This document shows positions 51,036-61,907 of a DNA stretch of 64,000 nucleotides, one piece after another. Made by a program: the position numbers and the translations under genes. The notes beneath the pieces are model-generated. The model had not been told where the DNA came from, ran no database searches, and was given only the letters and a program-made list of their open reading frames with translations. Source of the DNA: Gemmatimonadota bacterium (GTDB lineage Bacteria > Gemmatimonadota > Gemmatimonadetes > Palauibacterales > Palauibacteraceae); NCBI GenBank assembly GCA_965116475.1, contig OZ220691.1, positions 800,001-864,000 on the forward strand, in the 5' to 3' direction. How positions within the stretch are numbered: position 1 is the stretch's first letter; every line of letters begins with the position of its first letter.

Positions 51036-52543
51036 TCTGTCGATCGATTCTCCTCCGTGGTCTCGCCGCCCGTTCCGGCGCCCGTTCCGGCGCCCGTTTC
51101 GGCCTCCGTTTCGGCCTCCGGGTCTCCCCGGGAGCCCGCTTCCTCTGCCGCCCGCGCCCGGCTGGCGCGAATCGCTTCGAGCCTGCGCCTCGCCTCCGCT
51201 TCCCAGCCGCGTCCCACCGGATCGTACCAGCGGCTTCCGCGCAGCGACTCCGGAAGGTAGGACTGGGCGGCCACGCCGTCTTCCTCGTCGTGATCGTAGC
51301 GATACCCCGATCCGTACCCGAGTTCCTTCATGAGCCGCGTGGGCGCGTTCCGGATATGGAACGGGACGGGCTCGGCGGGCGTTTCGCGCGCCGAGCGGGC
51401 CGCGGCGCCGAAGGCCCGGTAGACCGCGTTCGATTTCGGGGCGATGGCCAGATAGGTCACCGCCTGCGCCAGGGCCAGATCGCCCTCGGGGCTGCCGAGA
51501 AAGTGGTACGCGTCCCGCGCCGCGATCGTGACCGCCAGCGCGCCGGGATCCGCGAGTCCGACATCCTCGGCGGCCATGCGGACGATGCGCCGGGCCAGGT
51601 ACATGGGATCCTCGCCGCCGTCCAGCATCCGTGCGAGCCAGTAGAGCGCGGCGTCCGCGTCCGAGCCGCGGACGGCCTTGTGCAGGGCGGAGATGAGGTT
51701 GAAGTGCTCCTCGCCCGACTTGTCGTAGCGCGCGAACCGCTTCTGCAGCGCCGCCGCCACGTGATCCTCGGAGATCGCGGGAACGCCGGCCACGCCGGCC
51801 AGATCCGCCGCCGTCTCGAGCGCGTTGAGGGCGCGGCGGGCGTCCCCGTCCGATTCGGTCCCGAGCCGGGCGAGGGCGTCGTCGTCGATGGAGAGGCCCG
51901 TGGCTCCGAGCCCGCGCTCCCGGTCCCGCAGCGCGCGGGCACAGATCTCCGAGACGTCGTCCGGCGCGAGCGGCTCGAGGACGAAGACGCGGGTGCGGGA
52001 GAGGAGCGGGCCGACGACCTCGAAGCTGGGGTTCTCCGTCGTGGCCCCGATGAGGGTGATGGCGCCGCACTCGACGTGCGGGAGGAGGGCATCCTGCTGC
52101 GCCCGGTTGAAGCGGTGGATCTCATCGACGAAGAGGACGGTGCCGCGGCCGGTGGCCGCGCGCCGCGCCTTCGCCTCCTCCAGGACGCGGCGGACGCGGG
52201 GGATCCCGTCGGTGACGGCGGAGAAGGGGACGAACGCGGCTTCCATCCGGCCGGCGAGCAGCCCGGCGAGGGTCGTCTTTCCGGTGCCCGGCGGACCCCA
52301 GAAGATGAGGCTCGGGACGCGTCCACTCTCGATGAGTTGGCGCAGGGGCCGGTCCGCGCCGACGAGTTTCGGCTGTCCGACGAACTCTTCCAGCGTCCGC
52401 GGCCGCATGCGGGCGGCGAGCGGCGAGTCGGCCAGGGCGGCATCCCGGGCCCGGGCGGCCCCCGGCTCGCCCGCGGGCGCGGGCTCGGCGGGCGGGGCGG
52501 CGCGCGCTTCCATGCCGGCGAACAGGCTCGGCTCGTCAGCCAT
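51032..52543 (-). CDS. rarA: Replication-associated recombination protein A
   Basis: [61 protein letters not shown]. Confidence 0.97.
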   Translation of the reverse strand: MADEPSLFAGMEARAAPPAEPAPAGEPGAARARDAALADSPLAARMRPRTLEEFVGQPKLVGADRPLRQLIESGRVPSLIFWGPPGTGKTTLAGLLAGRMEAAFVPFSAVTDGIPRVRRVLEEAKARRAATGRGTVLFVDEIHRFNRAQQDALLPHVECGAITLIGATTENPSFEVVGPLLSRTRVFVLEPLAPDDVSEICARALRDRERGLGATGLSIDDDALARLGTESDGDARRALNALETAADLAGVAGVPAISEDHVAAALQKRFARYDKSGEEHFNLISALHKAVRGSDADAALYWLARMLDGGEDPMYLARRIVRMAAEDVGLADPGALAVTIAARDAYHFLGSPEGDLALAQAVTYLAIAPKSNAVYRAFGAAARSARETPAEPVPFHIRNAPTRLMKELGYGSGYRYDHDEEDGVAAQSYLPESLRGSRWYDPVGRGWEAEARRRLEAIRASRARAAEEAGSRGDPEAETEAETGAGTGAGTGGETTEENRSTE

Positions 52544-53915
52544 CGGCGCCGGACGGCCCGTTACCGGCTGCACCGGTCGGGGGCGCATCGGGGGGGCGCG
52601 ACGCCTCCGCGAGCGCGCCGATCTCGATCAGCCGGCGAGCCTCTTCGAGGAGGGGCTCGCGCTCGTTGCGGCCGGGGTCCTCGATGACCTGTTCGAGCAG
52701 CTCGTCCAGCAGCAGCCGAACGAGCGGACCCGGCGACATGCCGAGTGCGAGGAGGTCGTCCCCGTTGACCGCGAGACGCGCCAGATCGAGCACCGGGTCT
52801 TCTTCGCGCTCTTCCCGGACGCGCTCGAGGGTCGCCTCGAGGTAGCGCTCCGCCCGCGTCTCTCCGGCGGCGTGGGCGGCGGCGAAGTGCAGTTCGAACA
52901 GGTCCTCCCACGCGCCGCCGACCGCTGCGAGCCAGCGTCGATGCTCCGCCGCGGAGTCCAGCGGCCCGACGAAGGGGAGGTACAGCCGGACGAGCCGCGC
53001 GACGTAGCGCCGGTCCGCGTTGGAGAACTTGAGCCGCGAGAGCAGCGACTCGGCGGCTTCGGCCCGCCCGTCCGGTGTTTCGGACGCGGGCACGAGCAGG
53101 CTCGCAAGGCGCACGTTCGCGGCGTGCGCCGGGGCCGCATCGACGGCGCCGAGCGCGGACCGCCACGCGTCGCCGTCGGCCACGAGCCCGAGCAGCTCCG
53201 GGTACCAGTGGCCCAGCGCCCCGCAGTCCGCGTAGAGCTCCAGCGCGGCCGAAGGCTTCGGGTCCGCCAGGACCTTGAGCAGCTCCTCGCGCACGCGCTC
53301 GGCCGACAGCCCGGCCAGACCGCTCACGGCCTCCCGCATCGCTTCGTCGGTGCGCGCCTCCACCGCCCACTCGAATCGTCCCGCGAACCGGAAGCCGCGC
53401 AGCACGCGCAGGTAGTCCTCGCGGAAGCGCGCTTCGGGTTCGCCGACGGCGCGCAGGATCCCGTCTTCGATGTCCTCCGCGCCGTCCCACTCGTCGCGCA
53501 CCTCGCCGGTGGCGGGCCGCCAGGCGATGGCGTTCGCCGTGAAATCCCGCCGGCTCAGATCCTCCTCGATGGAATCGGCGAAGGCGACCCGCGCGTGGCG
53601 GCCATCCGTCTCGACATCGCGCCGGAACGTCGTCACCTCGTAGGCGTGGTCCCCGTCGAGGACCGTCACGGTCCCGTGCGACACGCCGACCGGGACGGTC
53701 CGCGGAAAGAGCCGCATCACGTCCTCCGGCCGCGCAGCCGTCGTCAGGTCCCAGTCCGGCTCGGGCAGGTCGGGCGTCCCTCCGATCTGGGCGACGTAGG
53801 CGTCGCGGATCGAGCCGCCCACGGCCCAGGCCTCGAAACCCGCGGCCTCGAGCCGTTCCGCGGTACGGGAGAACCCGGGCGAGGGGGAGAATCGGCCCGG
53901 ATCGATCGCGCTCAC
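52536..53915 (-). CDS. CCA tRNA nucleotidyltransferase / poly(A) polymerase family
   Basis: AVGGSIRD, DWDLTT, EVTTFR, DLSRRDFTANA, RFREDYLRVLRGFRF, SAERVREEL. Confidence 0.93.
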   Translation of the reverse strand: MSAIDPGRFSPSPGFSRTAERLEAAGFEAWAVGGSIRDAYVAQIGGTPDLPEPDWDLTTAARPEDVMRLFPRTVPVGVSHGTVTVLDGDHAYEVTTFRRDVETDGRHARVAFADSIEEDLSRRDFTANAIAWRPATGEVRDEWDGAEDIEDGILRAVGEPEARFREDYLRVLRGFRFAGRFEWAVEARTDEAMREAVSGLAGLSAERVREELLKVLADPKPSAALELYADCGALGHWYPELLGLVADGDAWRSALGAVDAAPAHAANVRLASLLVPASETPDGRAEAAESLLSRLKFSNADRRYVARLVRLYLPFVGPLDSAAEHRRWLAAVGGAWEDLFELHFAAAHAAGETRAERYLEATLERVREEREEDPVLDLARLAVNGDDLLALGMSPGPLVRLLLDELLEQVIEDPGRNEREPLLEEARRLIEIGALAEASRPPDAPPTGAAGNGPSGADG

Positions 53916-53934
53916 GACATTCTCAGCCGCGTTC

Positions 53935-54717
53935 TCAGCCGCACAACACGCTGCCGCCGTTCACGTTGAGGATTTCGCCCGTGATGTGCCGGGCCGCGTC
54001 GGAGAGAAGGAAGCAGATGGGCCCGGCGATGTCCTCGGCCGTGGCGACGCGCCCGAGCGGAATGAGGGCCAGCGCGGCGCGCCCGGCCTCCCCCTGAAGC
54101 GCAGGCGACGACATGTCCGTGTCGACCCAGCCGGGGGCGACGGCGTTCACGTTGATCGATCTCGGACCAAGTTCGGTCGCGACCGACTTGCAGAACGCGT
54201 TGATCGCTCCCTTGGACGCGGCGTAGTGGCTGTGCTCCGCCTCACCCCGCTGCGATGCCGTGGAGGACACGAGGACGATCCTCCCGTCCGCCCGCATGCG
54301 CACCGCCGCTTCCCGCGTGCTCGCGTAGATCGACGTGAGGTTCGTCTCGATCATGCGTCGCCACTCGTCCGCTTCGAGCGACTCGATGGGGCGCGCGTCC
54401 ACGTTCCAGATGCCGGCGTTGCCCACGAACCCGTCCAGCCCGCCGAACTCGGCATCGGCGCGCTCGAACAGCTTCCGGCACTCCGCCGTGTCGGCGAGAT
54501 CCGCGCCGGCGCACCAGTGGCGCCCGTCCGGGGCGAGCGCGTAGGCCTCTTCGACCGCCTGCCGCCCCTCTGCCTCCGCCCGGTGGTAGGCGACGCCGAC
54601 GGATGCGCCGGACGCCGCGAGGCACCGCACGGTGGCTCGTCCGATCCCGCGCGACCCACCCGTTACGAGCACGCGCTTGCCCGCGAGACCGGGCAACCCC
54701 GGTACGCTCGATGTCAT
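53935..54717 (-). CDS. SDR family NAD(P)-dependent oxidoreductase (FabG-like)
   Basis: TGGSRGIG, NAGIW, YAASK, VNAVAPGWVDT, ITGEILNVNGG. Confidence 0.95.
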   Translation of the reverse strand: MTSSVPGLPGLAGKRVLVTGGSRGIGRATVRCLAASGASVGVAYHRAEAEGRQAVEEAYALAPDGRHWCAGADLADTAECRKLFERADAEFGGLDGFVGNAGIWNVDARPIESLEADEWRRMIETNLTSIYASTREAAVRMRADGRIVLVSSTASQRGEAEHSHYAASKGAINAFCKSVATELGPRSINVNAVAPGWVDTDMSSPALQGEAGRAALALIPLGRVATAEDIAGPICFLLSDAARHITGEILNVNGGSVLCG

Positions 54718-54721
54718 TCCG

Positions 54722-55090
54722 TCATCTCCTCCTTGTTTCCCCCTCGTTGAATCGTTCGCCGATCAGCCCGCGCGGACCCACCTCCTCGGCGAGTCGGCTT
54801 GCCCGCGCGGCGCTCCCCCCGAGAGCCGGATCCGCCGCCGCCTCGAGCGCGTAGGTGAGGATCGCGTCGGCGGCGAGCAGCGTCACCGCCTCCGAGCGGG
54901 TTGCTTCACCTTCCGCCGCGACCGCCAGCGCATCGAGCGCCGCGTGGACGAGTCCGACCTCGCCCTCCGCCAGACGTCCCTTGACCAGCGGCCACACCGC
55001 CTCCCCGAGCTCTGCCGGTGCGCTCTGGAGCCGCCCTGCGAGCCAGGTTTCGAGCGTGAGAGCGCCGGGTTCGGCCGGCACGTCAAGCAC
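54722..55090 (-). CDS. Small hypothetical protein
   Basis: Helical ORF (LLAADAILTYALEAAA) filling the gap between alaS and SDR; GTG start at 55090 or 55081. Confidence 0.7.
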   Translation of the reverse strand: MLDVPAEPGALTLETWLAGRLQSAPAELGEAVWPLVKGRLAEGEVGLVHAALDALAVAAEGEATRSEAVTLLAADAILTYALEAAADPALGGSAARASRLAEEVGPRGLIGERFNEGETRRR

Positions 55091-57785
55091 CCGACAGGGC
55101 GGGCACCCGCTCGGAAGCCCAGGCCCAGGCCGCTCCGAGTCCGTCTTCCGTTCGCGACGGGTCGCCCACGCCCCCCTGCGCGAAGCGCGCGCCCCCGCCG
55201 CCGCCGGAACCCGTCGCCCGGCTCGACACACGGACGAGGTCGCCCGCCTTCACGCCCAGCCGGATGAGGTCGTCCGACACGACGGAGATGAACGCATGGC
55301 GGTCCTCGTCCGGGAACACGACATGGACGACAGCGGCGCCCGACCCCATTCCGCCGCGCAGGCGATCGCCGAGCGCGCCGAGGTCCGTGCCCGCGGGCAC
55401 CTCCAGGCGCCCCGACACGAAGCGCGCCCCGTTCGCGTCCGCCGCCCCCGTCGCTCCCGCTCCTGCGAGCAGCGTCTCCAGTTGTCGGTCCGCGGCAGCT
55501 CCCCTCCGCCCCCGAACTTCTTCGGCGAGCGCGTCGCGTTCTTCGAGGAGCCGGTCCATGCGCGCGGTCAGATCCGTCGGTTGGCAGCGCAGCCGCGCGG
55601 CCAGTTCGGCGAGCAGCCGGTCGCGCTCCAGTTCCCGCCGGTAGGCCCCCTGCCCCGTCACAGCCTCGATACGCCGGATCCCGGCCGCGACGCCCGTCTC
55701 GGCCACGATCCGGAACGTCCCGATCTGGCCCGTCGTGCGGACGTGCGTGCCGCCGCACAGCTCCAGGCTGAGGCCCGGAACCTCGATCACGCGCACGATG
55801 TCCCCGTACTTCTCTCCGAACAGGGCCATCGCCCCGGCCGCGATCGCCTCGTCGTAGTCCCGCTGCGACGCGTCGACGTCGTGGTTGCCGAGGATCGCTT
55901 CCGTCACCTCCGCTTCGATGTCCGCCCGTTCCTCCGGCGTCAGCGGTCCCCGGTGGCTGAAATCGAAGCGCAGCCGGTCCGGGGCGACGAGCGAGCCGGC
56001 CTGCTGCACGTGCTCGCCCAGCCGGTTGCGGAGCGCGGCGTGCAACAGGTGCGTCGCCGTGTGATTCCGCTCCGTCTCGTGCCGCGCCGGATCCACCTGC
56101 GCGAGCACCGTGTCCTCGACCCCCTCGGCTTCTCCCCCGGCTTCGGGCAGCGAGCCGTCAGCGAGCACCCCCGCGACCACGGTCCGGCCGTCGTCGTCCC
56201 AGACCTCGGAGATGTCCACCGCCCACCCGTCTCCCGCGACCCGGCCGGTGTCGGAGACCTGTCCCCCGCTCTCCAGGTAGAAGGGATTCCGTGCGAGCAG
56301 GAACGCGTGCCGCCCATCGCCGGACCAGCGCCGGCAGTCCGTTTCGACTTCGAGGTCCCCGTAGCCCACGAATTTCTGTGGTCGGGGGCCGAGGGAAGCG
56401 GTCGCCTGGATCGAACCGACGAGCCCGCCCGTAAGAGTCGCCACCGCGTCGATGGGCGCCACTTTGCCACCCTCGCGCGAACGGGCGCGCTGGGCTTCCA
56501 GGGCCTCGCCGAAGCCCTCCCAGTCCACGCCGTAGCCGCGTTCGCGGGCGATGAGGCCTGTGAGGTCCTCGGGGATGCCGTACGTGTCCTTGAGCTTGAA
56601 CGCGACGTCGCCCGCGACCGTGCCCGAACCTCCCTCCGGCATCGCGCGGTCGATCTCGCGCATGCCGCCCTCGATGGTCGACAGGAAGAGTTCCTCCTCC
56701 GCCCGCGTCGTCGAGAGGAGGTGTTCCCGCCTCGCCTCCAGTTCGGGGAAGGTGGCCGACATGCGGTCCGCGACGACGCCCACGAGGTCGTGCAGGAGCG
56801 GGTCGCGCCGCCCGAGCAGCCAGTAGTGCCGCACCGCCCGGCGCAGGATCCGGCGCAGCACGTACCCCCGCTTCTCGTTCGAGGGGAAGACGCCGTCGGC
56901 GAGCAGGAACGCCACGGCCCGGGCGTGATCCGCCAGCACGCGGAAGGCGACGCCGTCCTCCCAGTCTTCCGGCGCTCTCGAGTACTCGATCCCGAGTCCC
57001 TCCTCCGCCGCCTCGATGATCGGGAGGAAAAGGTCCGTGTGGTAGTTCGTGCCCACGCCCTGCAGCAGCGCCGCGATCCGTTCGAGTCCGGCGCCGGTGT
57101 CGATCGAGGGCGCGGGGAGCGGCGTGTCCGTCCCGTCCGGTGCGCGGTCGAACTGCATGAACACGAGATTCCAGAACTCGATGATCGCGTCCGCCTCGCC
57201 CGCCGCCTCGAACTGCGCGTCGGTGATGCGGTCATCGCGCTCCGCGCGCAGGTCGTAGTGCAGTTCCGAGCACGGACCGCACGGACCGGTGTCGCCCATC
57301 TGCCAGAAGTTGTCCTTGTCCCCCATGCGCCGGATCCGCGATTCCGGGATCGAGGTCCGTTTCAGCCAGAGGTCGAAGGCGTCGTCGTCGTCGTGGTGGA
57401 CCGTGGCCCACAGGCGTTCGGGCTCGAGGCCGAGGTCTCCGGTCACCCACTCCCAGGCGAAGTCGATCGCGTCGCGCTTGAAGTAGTCGCCGAAGGAGAA
57501 GTTCCCGAGCATCTCGAAGAAGGTGTGGTGGCGCGCGGTTCGCCCCACCTCCTCGAGGTCGTTGTGCTTGCCGCTGACGCGGAGACATTTCTGGGACGTG
57601 ACGGCGCGAGGGGGGTGCGGGCGTTCCGTCTCTCCGGTGAAGATGCCCTTGAACTGCACCATCCCGGCGTTCGTGAACATGAGGGTCGGGTCATCCGCGG
57701 GGACGAGCGGGCCGCTGGGCCGATGCTCGTGCCCCTGCCGCTCGAAACAGGAGATGAAACTCCGCCGGAGTTCGTCCGCCTTCAT
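55083..57785 (-). CDS. alaS: Alanine--tRNA ligase
   Basis: DPTLMFTNAGMVQFK, HHTFFEMLGNFSFGDYFK, NHTATHLLH, ELCGGTH, GGGGG C-Ala domain. Confidence 0.99.
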   Translation of the reverse strand: MKADELRRSFISCFERQGHEHRPSGPLVPADDPTLMFTNAGMVQFKGIFTGETERPHPPRAVTSQKCLRVSGKHNDLEEVGRTARHHTFFEMLGNFSFGDYFKRDAIDFAWEWVTGDLGLEPERLWATVHHDDDDAFDLWLKRTSIPESRIRRMGDKDNFWQMGDTGPCGPCSELHYDLRAERDDRITDAQFEAAGEADAIIEFWNLVFMQFDRAPDGTDTPLPAPSIDTGAGLERIAALLQGVGTNYHTDLFLPIIEAAEEGLGIEYSRAPEDWEDGVAFRVLADHARAVAFLLADGVFPSNEKRGYVLRRILRRAVRHYWLLGRRDPLLHDLVGVVADRMSATFPELEARREHLLSTTRAEEELFLSTIEGGMREIDRAMPEGGSGTVAGDVAFKLKDTYGIPEDLTGLIARERGYGVDWEGFGEALEAQRARSREGGKVAPIDAVATLTGGLVGSIQATASLGPRPQKFVGYGDLEVETDCRRWSGDGRHAFLLARNPFYLESGGQVSDTGRVAGDGWAVDISEVWDDDGRTVVAGVLADGSLPEAGGEAEGVEDTVLAQVDPARHETERNHTATHLLHAALRNRLGEHVQQAGSLVAPDRLRFDFSHRGPLTPEERADIEAEVTEAILGNHDVDASQRDYDEAIAAGAMALFGEKYGDIVRVIEVPGLSLELCGGTHVRTTGQIGTFRIVAETGVAAGIRRIEAVTGQGAYRRELERDRLLAELAARLRCQPTDLTARMDRLLEERDALAEEVRGRRGAAADRQLETLLAGAGATGAADANGARFVSGRLEVPAGTDLGALGDRLRGGMGSGAAVVHVVFPDEDRHAFISVVSDDLIRLGVKAGDLVRVSSRATGSGGGGGARFAQGGVGDPSRTEDGLGAAWAWASERVPALSGA

Positions 57786-58455
57786 CGTGTATCCGCCTCA
57801 GCCTGCCAGTTGACCTCGATCCACGCCCGAATGCGACTCGCGGCGAACCCGCGCCGGGCCAGGTAGTCGAACAGCCGCCGACGCGCCTTCGACGGGTCCG
57901 CGCCCGTCAGCCTCCGCGCCCGGGCCGTCGCGACGCGCTCGAGGAGCGCCTCTTCCGTCGCGCCCTCCTCCGCCATCGCTTCGCGGATGCCGCGATCCGC
58001 ATCCTCCCGCGACACACCCCGGGCGAGAAGGTCGGACTGCATGCGTCGGGTTCCACAGGGCCGGAGCCGGATGCGGTCCCGCGCGAAGCTGGCGGCGAAC
58101 TGCGCGTCGTCGAGATACCCCAGCGCCGCGAGACGTTCCAGTGCGTGTTGAATCGCGGCCCGGTCGATCCGGTCCCGCCGCAGCCGACGCTCCGTTTCCC
58201 GGCGACTCCTCGGGCGCACGGAAAGATAGCGCAGCCCGACGAACATCGCTTCGGCGCGCCCGCCCGCCGCCTGGACGGCTTCGAGCTCCGCGGACCGGAG
58301 CCGGAGTCCGACATCGAGCCGCAGTCGATGCACGTCCTCGTCCGGAAGCCGACAGAGGGAAGCGCCGTCCAACTGGATTTCGGTCCAGCCGGAGCGGCGC
58401 TTGACGGGGACGAGGCCGGTGATCTCCCCGGTTGTGAGGCGGTCGGGGCCGGAAT

Positions 58456-58459
<4 letters not shown>
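57782..58459 (-). CDS. recX: Regulatory protein RecX (probable CTG start)
   Basis: [29 protein letters not shown]; directly after recA; frame open upstream of TTG 58372 to CTG 58459. Confidence 0.92.
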
Positions 58460-59556
<1,097 letters not shown>

Positions 59557-59631
59557 TTCACGCTCTCCCGATTTCCGAGGGGTCCGCCGGGCCGATGACG
59601 GGGAGTCGATCACCCGCCGCGGCGGAGGTTG

Positions 59632-59660
59632 ACAATACCACGCCGGACGACCTTTCGCAA
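59632..59660 (-). promoter_or_regulatory. recA promoter
   Basis: TTGCGA-17 nt-TATTGT with extended TG. Confidence 0.65.
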
Positions 59661-59803
59661 TTTCTTCGGTTTTGCTCCGACCGTCGAATCCGGCCGTCCA
59701 GAATCAGGATGGAGCGACGCCTCAACGCGGCGTCAACGACCCTCGGGAGGGATGTGAGTCAGGAGTGGTCGCCGGGCTCGCTTGAGGCTGTGGGGGAGGC
59801 GCG

Positions 59804-60190
59804 TCAGGGGCCGGGGGCGAGGTCGATTCCGCAGGCGGGACAGAAGGCTTCGCCGCCGACCAGGACTTCGGGGCATGCCGGGCATGTCCGGGGGGATGCC
59901 GTGGGCTCCCGGGGCTCGGGGGCGGGAGCCTTCGTGGGTCCACGGGCGGCGGCGTCCCGGGCGTCGATGGCCGCGCGCTCAAGGCGGGCCCGCGTGGCCT
60001 GGTACTCCTCTTCCTGGAGCTTGCCCGTTCGGTACTCCAGCTCGAGATCGCGGAGCGCCTCGATGGCGGCGTCGCGGCGCTCCGCAGCGCCGAGCGACGC
60101 GCCCGTGTCTTCGCCGGACCGGATCGCGGCCCAGATGATCGTGGCCAGCAGCACCGCGAGGATGACGCCGAAGAGGATGAATCCGGTCAC
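59804..60190 (-). CDS. Membrane-anchored protein with C-terminal zinc ribbon
   Basis: N-terminal TM, LRDLELEYRTGKL.EEEY helix, CPAC...FCPACG. Confidence 0.85.
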   Translation of the reverse strand: MTGFILFGVILAVLLATIIWAAIRSGEDTGASLGAAERRDAAIEALRDLELEYRTGKLQEEEYQATRARLERAAIDARDAAARGPTKAPAPEPREPTASPRTCPACPEVLVGGEAFCPACGIDLAPGP

Positions 60191-60708
60191 TCGTTCACCT
60201 CCCGTGGCGAACGCCGCTTCCGACGCGGACGCCCCTCCCGCCGATCCGCCGCGAGTTCGAGGGCCCGCGCCGCCGCCCCCGCCGCGTCCGCGGCCGCCTC
60301 GTCAACGACGCTTTCGGGCAGCGATGACGCGAGTCCGATTACGGGCACACCGAACTTCCGGCAGAACGCCGCCTCGCTGAGCGTGCCCCACTCGCCGGCG
60401 ATCGCGACCACCGCCTCGGAGGCCCGCGCCACGATGACGTTCCGCGCCTCTCCGAGCCCGGTCGGGATCGGGATGTTGACCCCGTCCGCCGCCGCGCCCG
60501 GATCGCCGCCGGGCAGGATCCCCAGCACGGTCCCCCCTTCCGACGAGGCTCCGTCCGCCGCCGCCCGCATGACGCCGCCCATGCCGCCGCAGACGACGAT
60601 GGCCCCGGCGCGGGCGAGGGCCGCCCCCACCGCGTGAGCCAGGCCCGCTTCCGCCGGTGCCGCGTCTCCCGAGCCGATGACGCCGATCCGCAGCGGCCGC
60701 AAGCTCAC
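60187..60708 (-). CDS. TIGR00725 family protein (LOG/DprA-like Rossmann fold)
   Basis: IGVIGSG, VVCGGMGGVM, GILPG, TGLGEARN, GTLSE; start set at GTG 60708. Confidence 0.9.
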   Translation of the reverse strand: MSLRPLRIGVIGSGDAAPAEAGLAHAVGAALARAGAIVVCGGMGGVMRAAADGASSEGGTVLGILPGGDPGAAADGVNIPIPTGLGEARNVIVARASEAVVAIAGEWGTLSEAAFCRKFGVPVIGLASSLPESVVDEAAADAAGAAARALELAADRREGRPRRKRRSPREVNE

Positions 60709-61139
60709 CGCTCCAGTTGGAGGGTGACGGGGCCGTCGTTGACCAGCTCCACCTCCATCATCGCGCCGAACTCCCCCTCGGCGACCTCGCCGCCCCTTCG
60801 GCACAGCTCCACGAAACGGCCGTAGAGCGCCCGGGCCGCCTCCGGCCGCGCCGCCCCCGTGAAGGAAGGGCGCCGTCCGCGCGACGCATCCCCGTACAGG
60901 GTGAACTGGGACACGACCAGAAGCGCCGCCCCGACCTCCCGCGCCGAGCGGTTCATGCGGCCTTCCGCGTCCGCGAACAGACGCAGGTTCCAGAGCTTGT
61001 CCGCCATCCACGCCATCTTCGCCTCGGAATCATCCGGCGCGAAACCCGCGAGGACGGCCAGCCCGGGGCCGATCGCTCCCACGACCTCGCCTCCGACCCG
61101 GACGCGGGCCTCACTGACTCGCTGAATCACGACTCGCAA
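60705..61139 (-). CDS. dtd: D-aminoacyl-tRNA deacylase
   Basis: RVVIQRV, LRLF.D, VSQFTL, GRRPSF, FGAMMEVELVNDGPVT; TTG start 61139. Confidence 0.98.
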   Translation of the reverse strand: MRVVIQRVSEARVRVGGEVVGAIGPGLAVLAGFAPDDSEAKMAWMADKLWNLRLFADAEGRMNRSAREVGAALLVVSQFTLYGDASRGRRPSFTGAARPEAARALYGRFVELCRRGGEVAEGEFGAMMEVELVNDGPVTLQLER

Positions 61140-61349
61140 TTGCGTCGTCCCTTGCCGACCCCGGCCGCTCGCGGCTGACCGCTTTTTCCACAGCACGTCA
61201 AAATCGGTGAACGACGAAAAGATGCGACAGCGCTCGGTCCCGGGCGACTCCGCTGGCGACCGATCTGGCGGTCCGTTTCAAAATCCACGTTTTTTGGACA
61301 AAATACCCACAATTTATGGACATCATTTTTTTGAAAAAACGAGAAGCTT

Positions 61350-61872
61350 GATTCGAAGCGATGAGGCCTTCGGAGCGGCGTCATGCGCTGGCTGGGAATC
61401 GGATAGGACGAAGCGGATGAAGGGGAGCCAGCCCGCAGGCACCCGGCATCCTCGTCCGGGGCTCCGGCGGCGATCCACTTCAGGGGTCCGTCAACGATCC
61501 GCGATCCCGGCGAGGGGGCGCCCCCACGGGGCACTCTGGAAGATCGCGAACAGGCGAACAGGTATGGGTAGATGCACTCAGCCCCTGGCCACCCGAAGGT
61601 GTCAGGGGCTGAGCAAGGAAGCTTGTTTACGGCCAACTACCGCCCGGTCCTGGTAGCTTGCGCGGTCTTCCAGAACCTCTCCGCGAGCCTGGTACCGTCT
61701 GTCCGACCAGCTGTGCTCGATCCCTCTTCCCTCGGTCGCCTCGTTCCGTCGCCGGAACTCCGCTTCCTCAGGCCCGGGACTCGCGCCCCGGTTTCGCGAT
61801 CTCGCGTCGGGCAACTCGCGGTGCGGTCATCGGCCTCGACCTCCGGTCGGTCGGTGCCGCCTCCCTTAGCAC
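61350..61872. ncRNA. Candidate structured non-coding RNA locus (family not recognised)
   Basis: No credible ORF; cUUCGg and GCGA hairpins on minus strand; nested long-range complementary blocks; strong promoter at right end. Extent and strand uncertain. Confidence 0.45.
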
Positions 61873-61878
61873 GCCCTG

Positions 61879-61907
61879 ATTCTAAAAAGATTTTTTTGGG
61901 TCGTCAA
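61879..61907 (-). promoter_or_regulatory. Near-consensus sigma70 promoter firing into the gene-free interval
   Basis: TTGACG-17 nt-TAGAAT with A/T tracts upstream (61930-61954). Confidence 0.8.

Noticed and set aside
47007..52070. Apparent long N-terminal fusions in ORF track for ispE (589 aa), pdxJ (554 aa), hflX (773 aa)
   Set aside because: Extensions overlap upstream genes in another frame; true starts fit GTGA/ATG junctions
59629..59634. Plus-strand TTGACA upstream of recA as a divergent promoter
   Set aside because: No -10 element at 16-18 nt; it coincides with the minus-strand -10 region of recA
61183..61340. Replication origin (TTTTCCACA at 61183-61191 and AT-rich tracts)
   Set aside because: Only one near-consensus DnaA box, the others have 2-3 mismatches; no dnaA/dnaN context
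61655..61685. preQ1-like AGAGGUUCU on minus strand
   Set aside because: No complementary CCUCU strand or A-rich tail follows; no queuosine gene nearby
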